Assembly: GCA_001179505.1 (NCBI GenBank)
Contig: CDMY01000791.1
Location: 124,001 to 188,000, forward strand
From: Vitrella brassicaformis CCMP3155
Lineage: Eukaryota; Protista; Chromerida
Reading direction: 5' to 3'
DNA: 64,000 nt
The notes beneath the pieces were generated by a model. That model saw only the letters and a list, made by a program, of their open reading frames with translations. It was not told where the DNA came from and did no database searches. Of this stretch, positions 43,901 to 55,100 are shown in pieces. A program made the translations under genes and the position numbers. The first letter of the stretch is position 1, and each line of letters starts with the position of its first letter.

Positions 43901-45477
43901 TCGTGTGTCAGGGCAACGACTATGCTGGCGCTGCGTTGCGTCTGAAGGACAGCAAAATGGAGGGGATCATTCGCATGAATGGCCACACACTCAGGGTGGC
44001 CAAGCGATTCACACACCAGGTGGGGTGGGCACGGCACGCACAGAGACAGTCAGGGGGCCCGGACCTGCACCGGGACTGTGTGTCCGTGCCGTGTGTGGGA
44101 TCCATTAGAGCTGGGCGCATGTGGCCCTGCAGTACGGCGACTCGGAGGCCTGTCTCTTCCTGGACGGCCTCAAGATGGCCTGCCAGGCGGCGGGGGGCAG
44201 CAAGCAGAAACAGCCCAAGACACCAACCAACAACCCCAAAGGCAAGACACCGACCAACAACCCCAAGGGCAAGCAGAAGAAAGGCAAACGCCCCAAGAGA
44301 AAGGCAAAGGCCAGCAAGGCAAAGGCCACCAAGAAGCGAAGGAGACAACGACAGCAGCAGCAGCAACAGCAGCGACAGCAACAGCAACAACAGCGGCATG
44401 CCGATACGGTATACTTCGACGTCCCACCCCTTCCACAGCCCCACACTTCCAAGGTGGAGAAGCTAGACATCTCGCCCCCCATCACACTCGCCGTCACTGA
44501 GCCGCCAGCGGTGGATAGCCCCTCGGCTGACCTCACAGACGTGCTCCTGGACAGCAACCACAGCAGCTACAGCAGCTACGATGTGGACGACTCAGCCATG
44601 ACGATGAAGGGCACCACAATTGCGGGCCAGGCTGCCCTCGGCGCGTCGGTCGGCGGCTCGTCCTTCGGCGACCACAACAATCGCGAGTCCGACTTTTTCA
44701 CAGGGCAAATGGATGAAGTGCGTGTGTACGGCAGCTACAACGCCCCGTCTGAGGCGAACCTGGCTGCGATGGGGGGCGTGGTGGGTCGGTGGAAGATGGA
44801 CAGGGACGCCAAGGACGTGTCGGGGTTCACAGACGGGCAGGGCAAGGACTGGCACTTCGACACCAACAGGAAACAGGGCAACGGAGCTGTCAAGTGAGTG
44901 AGGACGGACGAATACATACACGCACACCGCACCGCACACGTGGCCTCCTCGTCCTGTCCGTATGTGATGCAGAATGGACGGCAGCGGTGAGTCCATTCGG
45001 CTCAAGTCCGACATTCTCAGTCGTGGCTTCACCTCCCTGACGGTGTGTGCCTGGGTGGAGCCTGCGTCCGGAACCAACGGCCGGCGCATCATCTACGAGC
45101 AGGGCGGCAAGAGGACCGGCTTCGCACTCAGACACCAAGGCGACGAGCTCCAGGCGGCCTTCGTCTCGCGTGGCGACCGGCAGATCGTTAAGGCGTCGCC
45201 GCTCCCAGACGGCCAGTGGACGCACGTGTGCTGCACCTTCGACAAGGGCAACGTGGCGCTCTACATGAATGGCCAAGAGAGGGCTGCCGAGAGCATCAAG
45301 CTCAAGTCGCTGCCGCACCACTCTGAGATGGCGTGTGCGATTGGGGAGAGCATGGGCACCAACGCCTTCGGGGAAAGGCCGTCGGGGAACTTCATGGGGT
45401 CCATTGATGACGTCATTGTGTGGGACCAGCCGCTGGGGAGGCGGCAGATCATCGACCTGCACAACAACCTCACATAA
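40902..45477 (+). CDS. Secreted formylglycine-type (S1) sulfatase, GlcNAc-6-sulfatase/mucin-desulfating-like, fused to two LamG (concanavalin-like) domains
   Basis: Signal peptide. RPNFLIILSDDHRWD, TPNMD..SEGVFFTNAFVSDPLCSPSKG, GYRTGYFGKWH, PFFAVLSVK|APHTP, GDNG..|EHGLVDKRFAYEESI|VPLIVSYP, EFYNIKNDPYELHDL. In-phase splice (TFG|EGQS) joins to LamG domains TVSMWVK...GQMDEVRVY and LTVCAWV...WTHVCCTF...GSIDDVIVWD. Confidence 0.93.
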
Positions 45478-46087
45478 TGGATGGGGGCAATCTCCCCCCC
45501 TCTGTCTTGTTTGTTGAGGTTTTTCAACAGCTGCATTGATTGCATCGCTGGTGACTTTCGCTCGTGTATAGGTGGGTAGAGCTGCTTCACTCTTGGGGCG
45601 CCTGTGGGCTTCGATTATTTGTCGGCCTACTTGTGTCTCGCCGCCCCTTTGGCCCATCTGTCTGTACTATCAATGAGTATCTAGTTGAGTAGCCTGTCTG
45701 TCTGTCTCTCTGTACTTGGGGGGTGGAGGGGGCGTCGTAGCAATTAAACGGTCCACACACACTGTTACAGAGATGCGATGCTACCGTGTGCTGTCTGTCG
45801 TGTGGGTGTGGGTGTGCCCTCCCCGTCCCCACTGACATCTATCGCTCACTCTTGCATGCTTCTTACCGCCAGACTGTGACAGTATTGACCCGTCCATCAC
45901 GTGGCACGATTGATCATGGGCCCAAGACACACACATGGATGGCTTCACTCACCACTCACACGCACATATGCATGCCTACGTACGTCAGTCACATCATTCA
46001 TTGTCCTAGTGCCCCTGGCCAATATATGGATGTCACACCCACACAACACGCTCACATACAATGCATGCAATGTGTCTGTCACTCAAC

Positions 46088-49000
46088 TCACGTGTACCGC
46101 CTCCCCGACACGACCCCCCTCTTGTGCACCGGTAGACTCTCGTTGTCGGCGTATTTGGCCTTCTTGAGCCAACATGTCAGCCGATCTGTCGATGCCTTGT
46201 TGGTATAGTGCGACCAGTATCTGCATGTGGGGTGGCTCTGGCAGAGGGACTGACACGCCAGGTGGGAGCTGATGTGGGCGATAGGCGTGCCCGGCAGCGA
46301 CTCGCCAGTGTACTCCACGTCCACGTCATAGCCCCCTAAGGCACGCGCACACACACACACGTGGAGAGAGAGAGAGAGAGAGAGAGACATGCATTGAGAT
46401 CTCTCTCGCTTTGTTTGTGTCGTCTCTTCGTCTGTCTCACCACATGCCTTTGGCCCGGTGACATATCCCTGTGCGTCAATCCCCTCTGTCTTCGTTTTCT
46501 GATGCCGCGCCCGCTTCAAGTAACACGCATACGCCCTCCCCTCCTCAATGCTGTCGCGGAGACCACTCTCGGCCGCATCACTGCTGGTCGTTTGCTCTTC
46601 TGTCTCCCCCACATACACAAACCCATTGCAGTTGACGCTGGCCTGACATAGCTCCTGACACACCAGCGGGGCGTCGATCAACACCTGCTGCCCGTTCTTC
46701 GGATGTGGGGCGAGCCGGGTGGAAGCCACCGGCATGTGTGGAAGGCTCTCCCCCTCACAGAATGCGTTGCTTTCCATACACTCGCACAGTCGTGGCCCGG
46801 AAACGACGTGGGCCTCCGGCTCCAGCACTGCTGGGCTGTGGCCTGCCTTCAGGACACATCTGAAGTCCTTTTCGTGCCATGAGAAACCGCCGCAGCCCGT
46901 GGTGTGCTGGCAGCGATATTGGCATAGTATGGCGGACATGATGCCCTCCTCTGGTGGGACGCGCTGCAGGTCCCGTGTGTTGGTCGTCTCGGGGAGCATG
47001 CAGCTGTGGTCCTCACGCGTGTAGGCCGGCAAGCTGCTAAAGCTCCGCTTGGCATCGCCTGCACACAAAAGGTACATATAAGAGACAGACAAGAGAGCAC
47101 CTGCGCATCCATTCATTCACTCAGACGTGCGCTCACCGCCTCCTGGCATGATCGCCCCCTGCCACACCTCCACCTCGCACAGCGACAAGATCCGCTGAGG
47201 AACATCCGCTGCGGCCTTGAGCACAAGCCACACATATTCGCCCTTAGGTAGGTTGTCACACGTCAGCTGGGTCCATTCGCTTGGTGGAATATCTCTTAGC
47301 TCAACTTCTGGCTCGCACTCTGTCAGATTGGCCTCCCCGAACCTCTCATCATCACTCTCGCCTACGAAGACTCTGATGTCCTCTGCACACACGCACAATT
47401 GGGGGTCGCTTCTCCAAGCAATTGTCTCCAAGGATCCGTCATTGTGTATCACCTAGCAATGAAGCACGTTTCGGAGCCAGGAAGCGGACAGCCCCGATCG
47501 AAAAGGGATGTGTAAGGGCTATGCGCAGCCACGGCTGGGGGGATGGCGGCGTCTGGCTGCCTGGCAATAGAGACACGTAGCGAAACAGAGACGATGAGGA
47601 TCATGTCTCACTTCTTTACATTTGGATGGATCGGGTGTGCCGTCGACAGCGGGGGACGCCGGCTGGCTGCCGCTGCCGCTGCCGCCATCGGGGTGCTGCT
47701 TGACAGGCCGGTGGAGCGCCAGGTTGGGCGGCGCCACCCTCAGTCTCTGCCTCATCTCTGTCTTCATCGCCTCCAAAGCCCTCTCGTCAAATCCCCACAC
47801 AGCCACCTCACACAGCGTCATGACGGCGTGTGGCGCAAACGGCAGCACCACCCACACGTATCGGCCTGTGGGGTACAGCACGTCCGTCACCCAGCCATAG
47901 TCCACGACTTTCTGGCATTCGATGGTCGTGGTGCCTCCGGCCATCCACTTGTTCATGCCGCCGCCGGGAGGGATGCAGGGTAGGTTTCCTGCTGCTCGAT
48001 AGGCGCCGGGGTCGTTGCCTACCCAGACTTGGAGGCCGACCAGTCTCTTTAAAGAAACACGCCGAACACTGGACCCTTGTCCTCTTGTAGGTCCACCCTC
48101 CACCACGGCAACTGCACGTGTGAAAGACAGACAGACAGCGAGAGAGATGCCGCATGTCGAAACCAAGGAAGATTGCCTGGCCCACCCATCCTTGGCCTCC
48201 CTGCGTCCTGGCACATTTGGCCGTGAGAGGGTTGCTGTCGACGTCGCCGTCCACAGCCAACTTGGACTCATGCCCGGACACCGTCGAGCTCTGCTCCGTG
48301 GGCTTGTTGACGGCCAGATTGAACCGGGCGTAGTCGGTGGACGGCGGCTCGTTTCCCGCCTCCACCGATATCTTCTCCCCCTGCTCCTCCTCGGGCTCTG
48401 CCGGCGTGCCTCCCAGCCATGGATGGAATCGCCTCCACCCGAAAATTTTTGCAGGCCTGTCTCGTTCGCGGATGCTAGGGCCACCGGGAGGACCGAATCC
48501 CCCAATACCGGAGGGACCGAATCCCCCAATACCGGAGGGACCGAATCCCCCAATACCGGAGAATTTTTTGCCGAAATCGGGTCCCATGATGGTGCCGGTG
48601 CGAGAGGCGAAGAGAGGCATCAGAGAGGGCAGCGAGAAGCGAGGATACCAAGTGGATGACGCGTTGGGCGGGACATGCAGTTTGTAGCCGGGGTACCACT
48701 GGCGAGGAGGCTCCGGGGGGACGGGCGGGGGCAGCTTGATGGCTGTGGAGTGGTTCCTTATAGCCGTTGCGTTGGGCTGGGTCGTGACAGGCACTCCCAG
48801 CCGGTCGTAGATTTCCTTAATCTCTGGCGGAGTCCTTGGCGGCACATCTGGCAGCCACTGTGGCAGTGTTTCCAGGATGCCCGGCATGATCTCCCGCAGC
48901 AGAGGGCACCCGCACTCGTAGCCAACCATCATGTACTTGGGTTTTCCCTCGCAGGGCGGCATACTTGGGTGTGTCGGGGAGATGCGCTTCAAGTCACACT

Positions 49001-50506
49001 GTGTTCGGTTGTCGCAGTAGGGGCTGATCCGGTCGGTGTGGTCGACCACTGAGCACTCGCTCTCACCCATTTGCACGTGGCGGCATGCGTACGGCAGATT
49101 GGGACTGCGGCCGTAACCCACGTACCGCACCATCAGGACCTGCATGACACACATACACACACTCGCAGGCAGCTCTCATGACGCACAAAACACCCGCACC
49201 TTGCCCATTTCGCAGGAGATGATTGCCTCGCTGTCCTCGTCGCAAAAGATTGACCAGCTAACGGCGGATGGGAGCAGGTAGTCGTCTGAACACCTCGGCA
49301 GAGGGTTCGGGGCGTCGGGCGGGGGAGCGATGCCCACCTTGCTGAGAGGAATGTCATCGGCTACACCACAGTGGCATAAGCGCCACACGCGTAGGTAGGC
49401 ACCTGCACAGGCAGACAGACAGACAGAGACACGAGCCAACGAATGACATAGACAGACACAGGGAGGCAGAAGTAGGAATGGAATAGAATGGAATGGAATG
49501 GGGTGCGGTGGGATGGTTGATGCATCGATGCATGCGTGCTGTATTATGTCATCCATCACCGACCCGTGCACGTGCTCTCTTCGGCGAGCGCGTCACTCAC
49601 GTCTGTGGACACATACACACACATACACACAAACATTCCATCCCCCGTGGATGGCATACATATTGAATACTTGCTGCACGTGTCCCTGACTGTCAGTCTC
49701 TTTGTCTCTCTGCCAGCCATCGATCCCTTCGTCCAGCAATTAAGCTTACAGACGTCACATTGCCTCTGTCCGTTGCATCTCTCCTGCAGCAGCCTGGTGA
49801 CGTCGTGGCTGCAGTCGGTCGTCACGGGCGATGGCCGACACATTAGCTCACCCCCCGCCGTGCGACCATACACTGCGAAGAGGATGTACAGCCCCTTGTT
49901 GGGCGGGCAGAACAGAAAGTCCCGCTCCCCGTCACAGATAAACTGCAGACCGACCGAGTCGTAGCACCCAGGAAAGGTTGACGCTGACGACGAGCTGGAA
50001 CTTCCAATCGACACACCGCCAAAAGCGTCCACAAACGCAGACGCAGGCCCCACTGCCGCTCTCCCAGTCTGATTATTGCCGCGGGGAGGGACCGATAGGA
50101 TAAGAAAGCTCCCCCACACATCATCGCGATTCGCGGCTCGTCCACCGTGCCAGTCAGACACATGGGCGTCAAAGCGATTCAGCGCCTCCTGCAATGAGTT
50201 GTTTGTCGTCTTGGACGTGGCATTGAGCGACGGCTGCAGCGCTTTCAACGCCTTCCGCTCCCGGCCGCGACACTGCAACCCGACACATTCCCAAACCCGA
50301 GAGGACCGCCCTCGGGTGACGCCAGTGAGGACGGCAGAGAGGCTGATGCAGGCGGCGGCAAAGACGAAAGATGACCGTGATGACCGTCTTCGGCGCCGAC
50401 GGGTGTGGGTGTCATGATCCTCACTCTCAAACTGCACCGGGGCGGACCAGTTGGCGGAGCAAAATGAGGACGAAAGCCTTGTTTGTCGTTGCCATGATCG
50501 CATCAT
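46088..50506 (-). CDS. Type-II-anchored multi-lectin adhesin: 2 SUEL/Gal-lectin, 2 F-type (FTP/discoidin-like) and 3 PAN/apple domains; reading-frame break near 48050
   Basis: Basic run plus hydrophobic anchor. SUEL: ICDGE..FLFCP...ILFAVYGR...CNGQRQCDV. FTP: NLAVNKPTEQSS...LAVDG...PWWRVDL...GRYVWV...MTLCEVAVWG. Apple: LCQYRCQHTTGCGGFSW...CVLK...VSGP, CQELCQASVNCNGFVY and CQSLCQSHPTCRYWSH...CWLK. Confidence 0.85.
48492..48561 (-). repeat. 24-bp coding tandem repeat x3 (GIGGFGPS/P)
   Basis: accgaatcccccaataccggaggg repeated back-to-back with no spacers. Confidence 0.95.
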
Positions 50507-52129
50507 TGCTGCCTCACGGAACTGCTGAGAAGGATCTTCCGTCCTCAGCTTCATTGAGACGTGAGACGCCACCCCCAGAGTCTTGTTAAGGGGGCCGATC
50601 GAACGCACACATCATTCCACGCGACGCACTCGTCAAAAATCAATGACATGAATGACACAGCGCTCGCCACACACACTCCACTTTCCTCCCTAGCTGCACA
50701 CACTCCATTGACCCGCAATGACAGACAGCATTAGCAACACACGCGCAACCAACCGGGGGACTGCAGAGTGATGCTTCCGTCTGCCTGCCTGCCTGGGCGT
50801 GTCCGTCGTAGGCGGGCAGCATGCGTGAGCAAAAGCGGTCAGATACATCGAATCAATAATTGAGCATCAGACAGCCAGCCAGCCATCAGCAGCAGGAAGA
50901 TCTCCGTACACAAACACATACATACATACACGCAGGCATGCACGCACGCGTGGCAGGGCCAACTCTGTCTCTCCAAGTAAAAATCATCACGTCCGTCACG
51001 TCGGCACAAAGGCCAAGTAAATTATAATGATGTCCGTCGTGAGCGGGCATGCAACAAGAGCAACGATGGACGAAAAGGGAAAACATATGTGCACTCACTC
51101 ACTCACCTGAAGTGACGACTCTCGTGGGTATGCATAAACGCCATACATTCCCTCACAGACCTCTCGGCACCGTCATTCTCTCATATGACACGCACCGAAT
51201 ACACCCCACCCCACCGCAACCCGTTGACTTGCACTGCAGCAGCTCTCTCCCCTCGCCGGCCTCTCCGCTCCGCTCGTCCCATACACAAATGTATATACAC
51301 ACGGACACACGGACAGACACCTGCCCCCCCTCCTCTCTCTGTACACACGACACTTGCCTGATCATATATCCGAGACGCCTTCATTGGTATACGTGTGGCG
51401 CGCATGTGATATGCAGAGACAGACAGACAGACAGACATCCGTGTAGGGTCGGATGGATCCAGATGGATGCAGCGGACAAACATCAGCAGGGAGCAGGCAA
51501 GGATGAGAAAGACATGTGTATCGACACACACACACACACACCTCTCACACGTATACAGACAGACATCGGACAAGAGGAAGGACAGCTCAGGGACTAGGGC
51601 AACAGAGAAAAGAGTGACATCCATCGGATGAATCAATCGGCGAGTGGGAGAGCGTGCGTGTTGAGCGAGTGAGTAAACTACATCGGCTTAGATATCAGGA
51701 TAGCTAGCTACAGGTAGACAGCCCCCATCGATGGGTGACTTCAACAAAACGACCCTGCTCTCTCTCTCCCCTGTTGCTTTTTGTGTACACAGCTACAGCA
51801 GCATCCGTATCGATACCCTCATGAGTGGTGAGTGAGTGACTCAGATCATCATCTCTCCAGGATTCCCCCCCCGCCCGCTCCAATGCAGACAAAAATCGTG
51901 ACCACTCGCAGCAAGCAAGCCATCCAGACAGACAGAACGTGACATCAGCCGATCAAGCATCACAAAATTGAAGAATACACACATACCCACACACATATAC
52001 GGGCAGACAGACAGACAGACAGACAGCCAGAGAGAGGAACACAGACGGGTAGAGATACATGCGCCAGAAGTAGAGGTAGGCAGGGCTCGCGGCCATCATA
52101 CACATCGATCGATCGATCGACCGACGTTC

Positions 52130-55100
52130 TCAGAAGGGCATCCACCTGGAGGTGACGTACTGGAGACTGGCGTCACCTCCTCCGATCCCCTCCCTGTCCA
52201 CCACACTGCAAGTCTCCGCGGCAGCCCCTCCACGCTCCCTGCTGCTTCTATCTGCCGCCACCGATGCTGCTACGACGTTGTCATCGCCCCTCTCCTCCTC
52301 CTTGGCGCCACTGCTGCTACTGTCGTCTCTTGTCGGGCCATCCTGGCCCTTCTGCCGCTGCCGACGCACAACGCGGTGCTCCCGATGGCCAACAACGGAG
52401 GGCATGAGTCGGTGTCGTCTCCCACGGCCAGCGCCGAATGTTGGGGGATGGAACGGGGTAAGGGATGGGGAGGGAGACGGGAATATGTCACGCCGGCCAT
52501 CGAATGAGCGAGAGGTCGAACTGTTGTCGTCCTGTTGCCTCGGGCGGTGTGCGAAGACGAACAGGTGTGGGGTCAGGTGGGGGAAGAGCGTGGCGACCAG
52601 GCAGTCAAAGACGTGGAAGGCCAGGTTGGTCAGCAGCACGGGGTGGGTCACAAACTCGTACACGTCGAGAATGCCCTCGACCACCGCCTGGCGGCTGATG
52701 ACGCGCTGCGTGACGACCGACTCGGGCACCACACACTGATGCAAGATGTCCCTCGCTTGGCCAAGCGACAGCTTCCGCCCCTTGACCGCTGCCCTCTCAT
52801 CGGCGGCCGGTGACACCACCGGCGGCCGAAACGTCGCTCCCCTGGGCCACAAGACCTCCTTACACTGGCTCAGCAGGCGCCCGATAGAGTGCTGAGAAGT
52901 CCATAGGACGAGGTGTCTGCGGACAAGGCGGCTGATAGGCGCCTTGACGACGGCAGCTAGCAACTGGAAGGCCAGCTGGTGCAGGGTCAGCAGCCGGATG
53001 GTCCGCTGGCTGTCGTTGGCAGACCTCCCAGTGGTGAAAGCGTGGGCGCCGCGTGTGGCTTGCGGGATGGCGAAGATCTCCTCCAAAAGGGCGAAGAGGG
53101 GGTTGAGGAGAGAGGGGTCTTGCGCCTCCAGCTGGCTCCTGCAGACAGACAGACAGACAGACAGGAAAGGAAGGCAGTCTCTCGAGATTGAGGTGCGTAC
53201 GCCTCTGGGCTTACACGTAGGCCGCTTGCCGCGCCATCAGGGACCTCTCGCGGCGCTTGAGCACACGCTCACGCTGACGGAGACGCTGCAAAGGCAGGCA
53301 ACATAGATCACCCACACAACGAGTGCGCATATCACAGTCACCACTTCCCCTCATGTGCAGTGCAGCCACTCACCTTTCGTCTCCCGAGCTGATGTCGCGC
53401 GTATCTCAGCTGGTCTCTGGTGTAGGGCGACGGCACGCCAGCCATCCCGCATATGTCCCGATGGCCGTCAGACGCCGATGCGCTCCGCACGAGTGATGGC
53501 GGGAAGGACGGCATGGAGGGCGACATATGCAGGGGCTGGTGGGACCGCTGCAGCCTCAACAGCGACTTCTCCTTCTTGTAGAGAAACCTCTCGCGACACG
53601 TTAGAGCCCGCTGCCACTCGACCAGCATCAGCTTCTCCTCCACATCGTCTACTTGAAGCTCACGAGCCTCCAAAACCTGAATGAATTACAGAGGCAGAGA
53701 GAGAGTGCGTTCACCGACCGTTCCCGGACCATGTGTGTCGTGTGTCTCACCCGGAGCCATTTGGTGAGTATATCCGGATCGCCGTCCTCGAGATCGTGCA
53801 CCAGGTCGAAGTCAAATGACGACGAAGAGCATGTGAAGCGGCCCCTCGCGTCACCCACACCAACCCCCAGACCGCCCTCCCTCTCCGACGAAGCGGCCGG
53901 GTCACTCGTGCTGGTCGACGACACAGACGAAAACGAGTACGAAAGGGGCATCGTGCCCCTCACTGGTGCGGCCAGCGGCGAGTCGGGGGGCGTGAGGGCT
54001 CCGCCCACACGCGACAGATGGTCGCTCTCAGACATCGATCGGTCCAGGGGTAGGGGCGACGTGTGTGGGGGTGTGCCCATGGGGTCCTCCTTGACACTCC
54101 ACGTCGACAGCGGCACACCGGTGGGGCTGGCCAATGGGTTGGCCACAGGGGATGACGGCGGGGGCGGGGGGAGGGGTGCCTCGGGCGGGCAGCAGGTCAT
54201 TGACGATGCGATGATGTGCAGTGGTGGGCTCTCTGGCAGCGTGCTGGCTTCGGATGACGACGGGTGCGGCCACTGCCGCTTCCCTTGGGGCGTGGGAGCC
54301 GACACACTGGGGAAGTCCTGCATGGTGATGACGACGAAGCTGCCGTCACTGTCGTAGCCCTCGCTGTAGACACCGCCCACCACCTGCTGCCTCCCGCCGT
54401 CATGATTCTCCGAACCAGACACGCTACATGACGAGCACCCCAAGGGGAGCCCACGCAGCGAGTCGCACGCGGGAGACGACACCGACTCCTGCCCTTCGTG
54501 GTTGGCCGTGTCCGCCCCCCCTTGCTGCTCGTGCTTGGCGACGTCCTGGCTGGCTACTGGCGACGTGGCCTCATTGTGATCCGCCTCAGCCTCAGCCGTT
54601 TCTAGCAGTGGCGGCAGGTGGTGTGTGGCGTGTGTGAGGGGAATGGTGTTGGGCGGCTTGGAACCCATAGCGATGCGCACGTCGCTGGGCGTGGCGGAGA
54701 GGAACCGCCACAGCTCGGCACACGGAGGGGAGCCGCCAAGCAGGGGATGACTCAGCAACGCCTGACCCATACCACATACACACAAGCAAGGAATAAGGGG
54801 AAAAGCAGGCGACTTCAGTGGATCTCTGCCTTGCATACACACCGCACCTGCATGAAGTCCTCTAGTTCCTGCCCCCTCCTCACGGCCGCCTGCTTCGGGT
54901 GCCAAAATCTCTGCAGCGGATGTCTCCCAGGCACCCTCAATCCCCCACGCACGCTTGGATGTGCCCGCACGAGTGCCGCATAGAGCCGCTTGAACTCGCT
55001 GTACCGTCGCAACACCACCCACTCCTTGCTGCTCGTGTGCACCCGCACGTGGAACTCCACATGAGGGTCCACAAAACTGCTCACGCGCGTGAAGGCCACC

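Noticed and set aside
36850-45477. Bacterial contaminant or recent insertion explaining the ASST/sulfatase pair
   Set aside because: Both genes carry many spliceosomal introns with the same repeat signature as their neighbours, plus eukaryote-style signal peptides.
48044-48057. TTTAAAG as a programmed -1 slippery site explaining the adhesin frame break
   Set aside because: The heptamer is out of register with the incoming frame (CTT TAA), so it does not fit X XXY YYZ. A +1 shift at CTT-TAA leads to the wrong frame.
48492-48561. 24-bp direct repeats as a CRISPR array
   Set aside because: There are no spacers, the repeat is in frame within a coding exon, the context is eukaryotic, and there are no cas genes.
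50510-52130. Possible hidden gene or ncRNA in the 1.6-kb gap between adhesin and nexin
   Set aside because: Only SSR-rich sequence with short ORFs. I saw no tRNA cloverleaf or conserved RNA motif; an Rfam/Infernal scan would be needed to exclude one fully.
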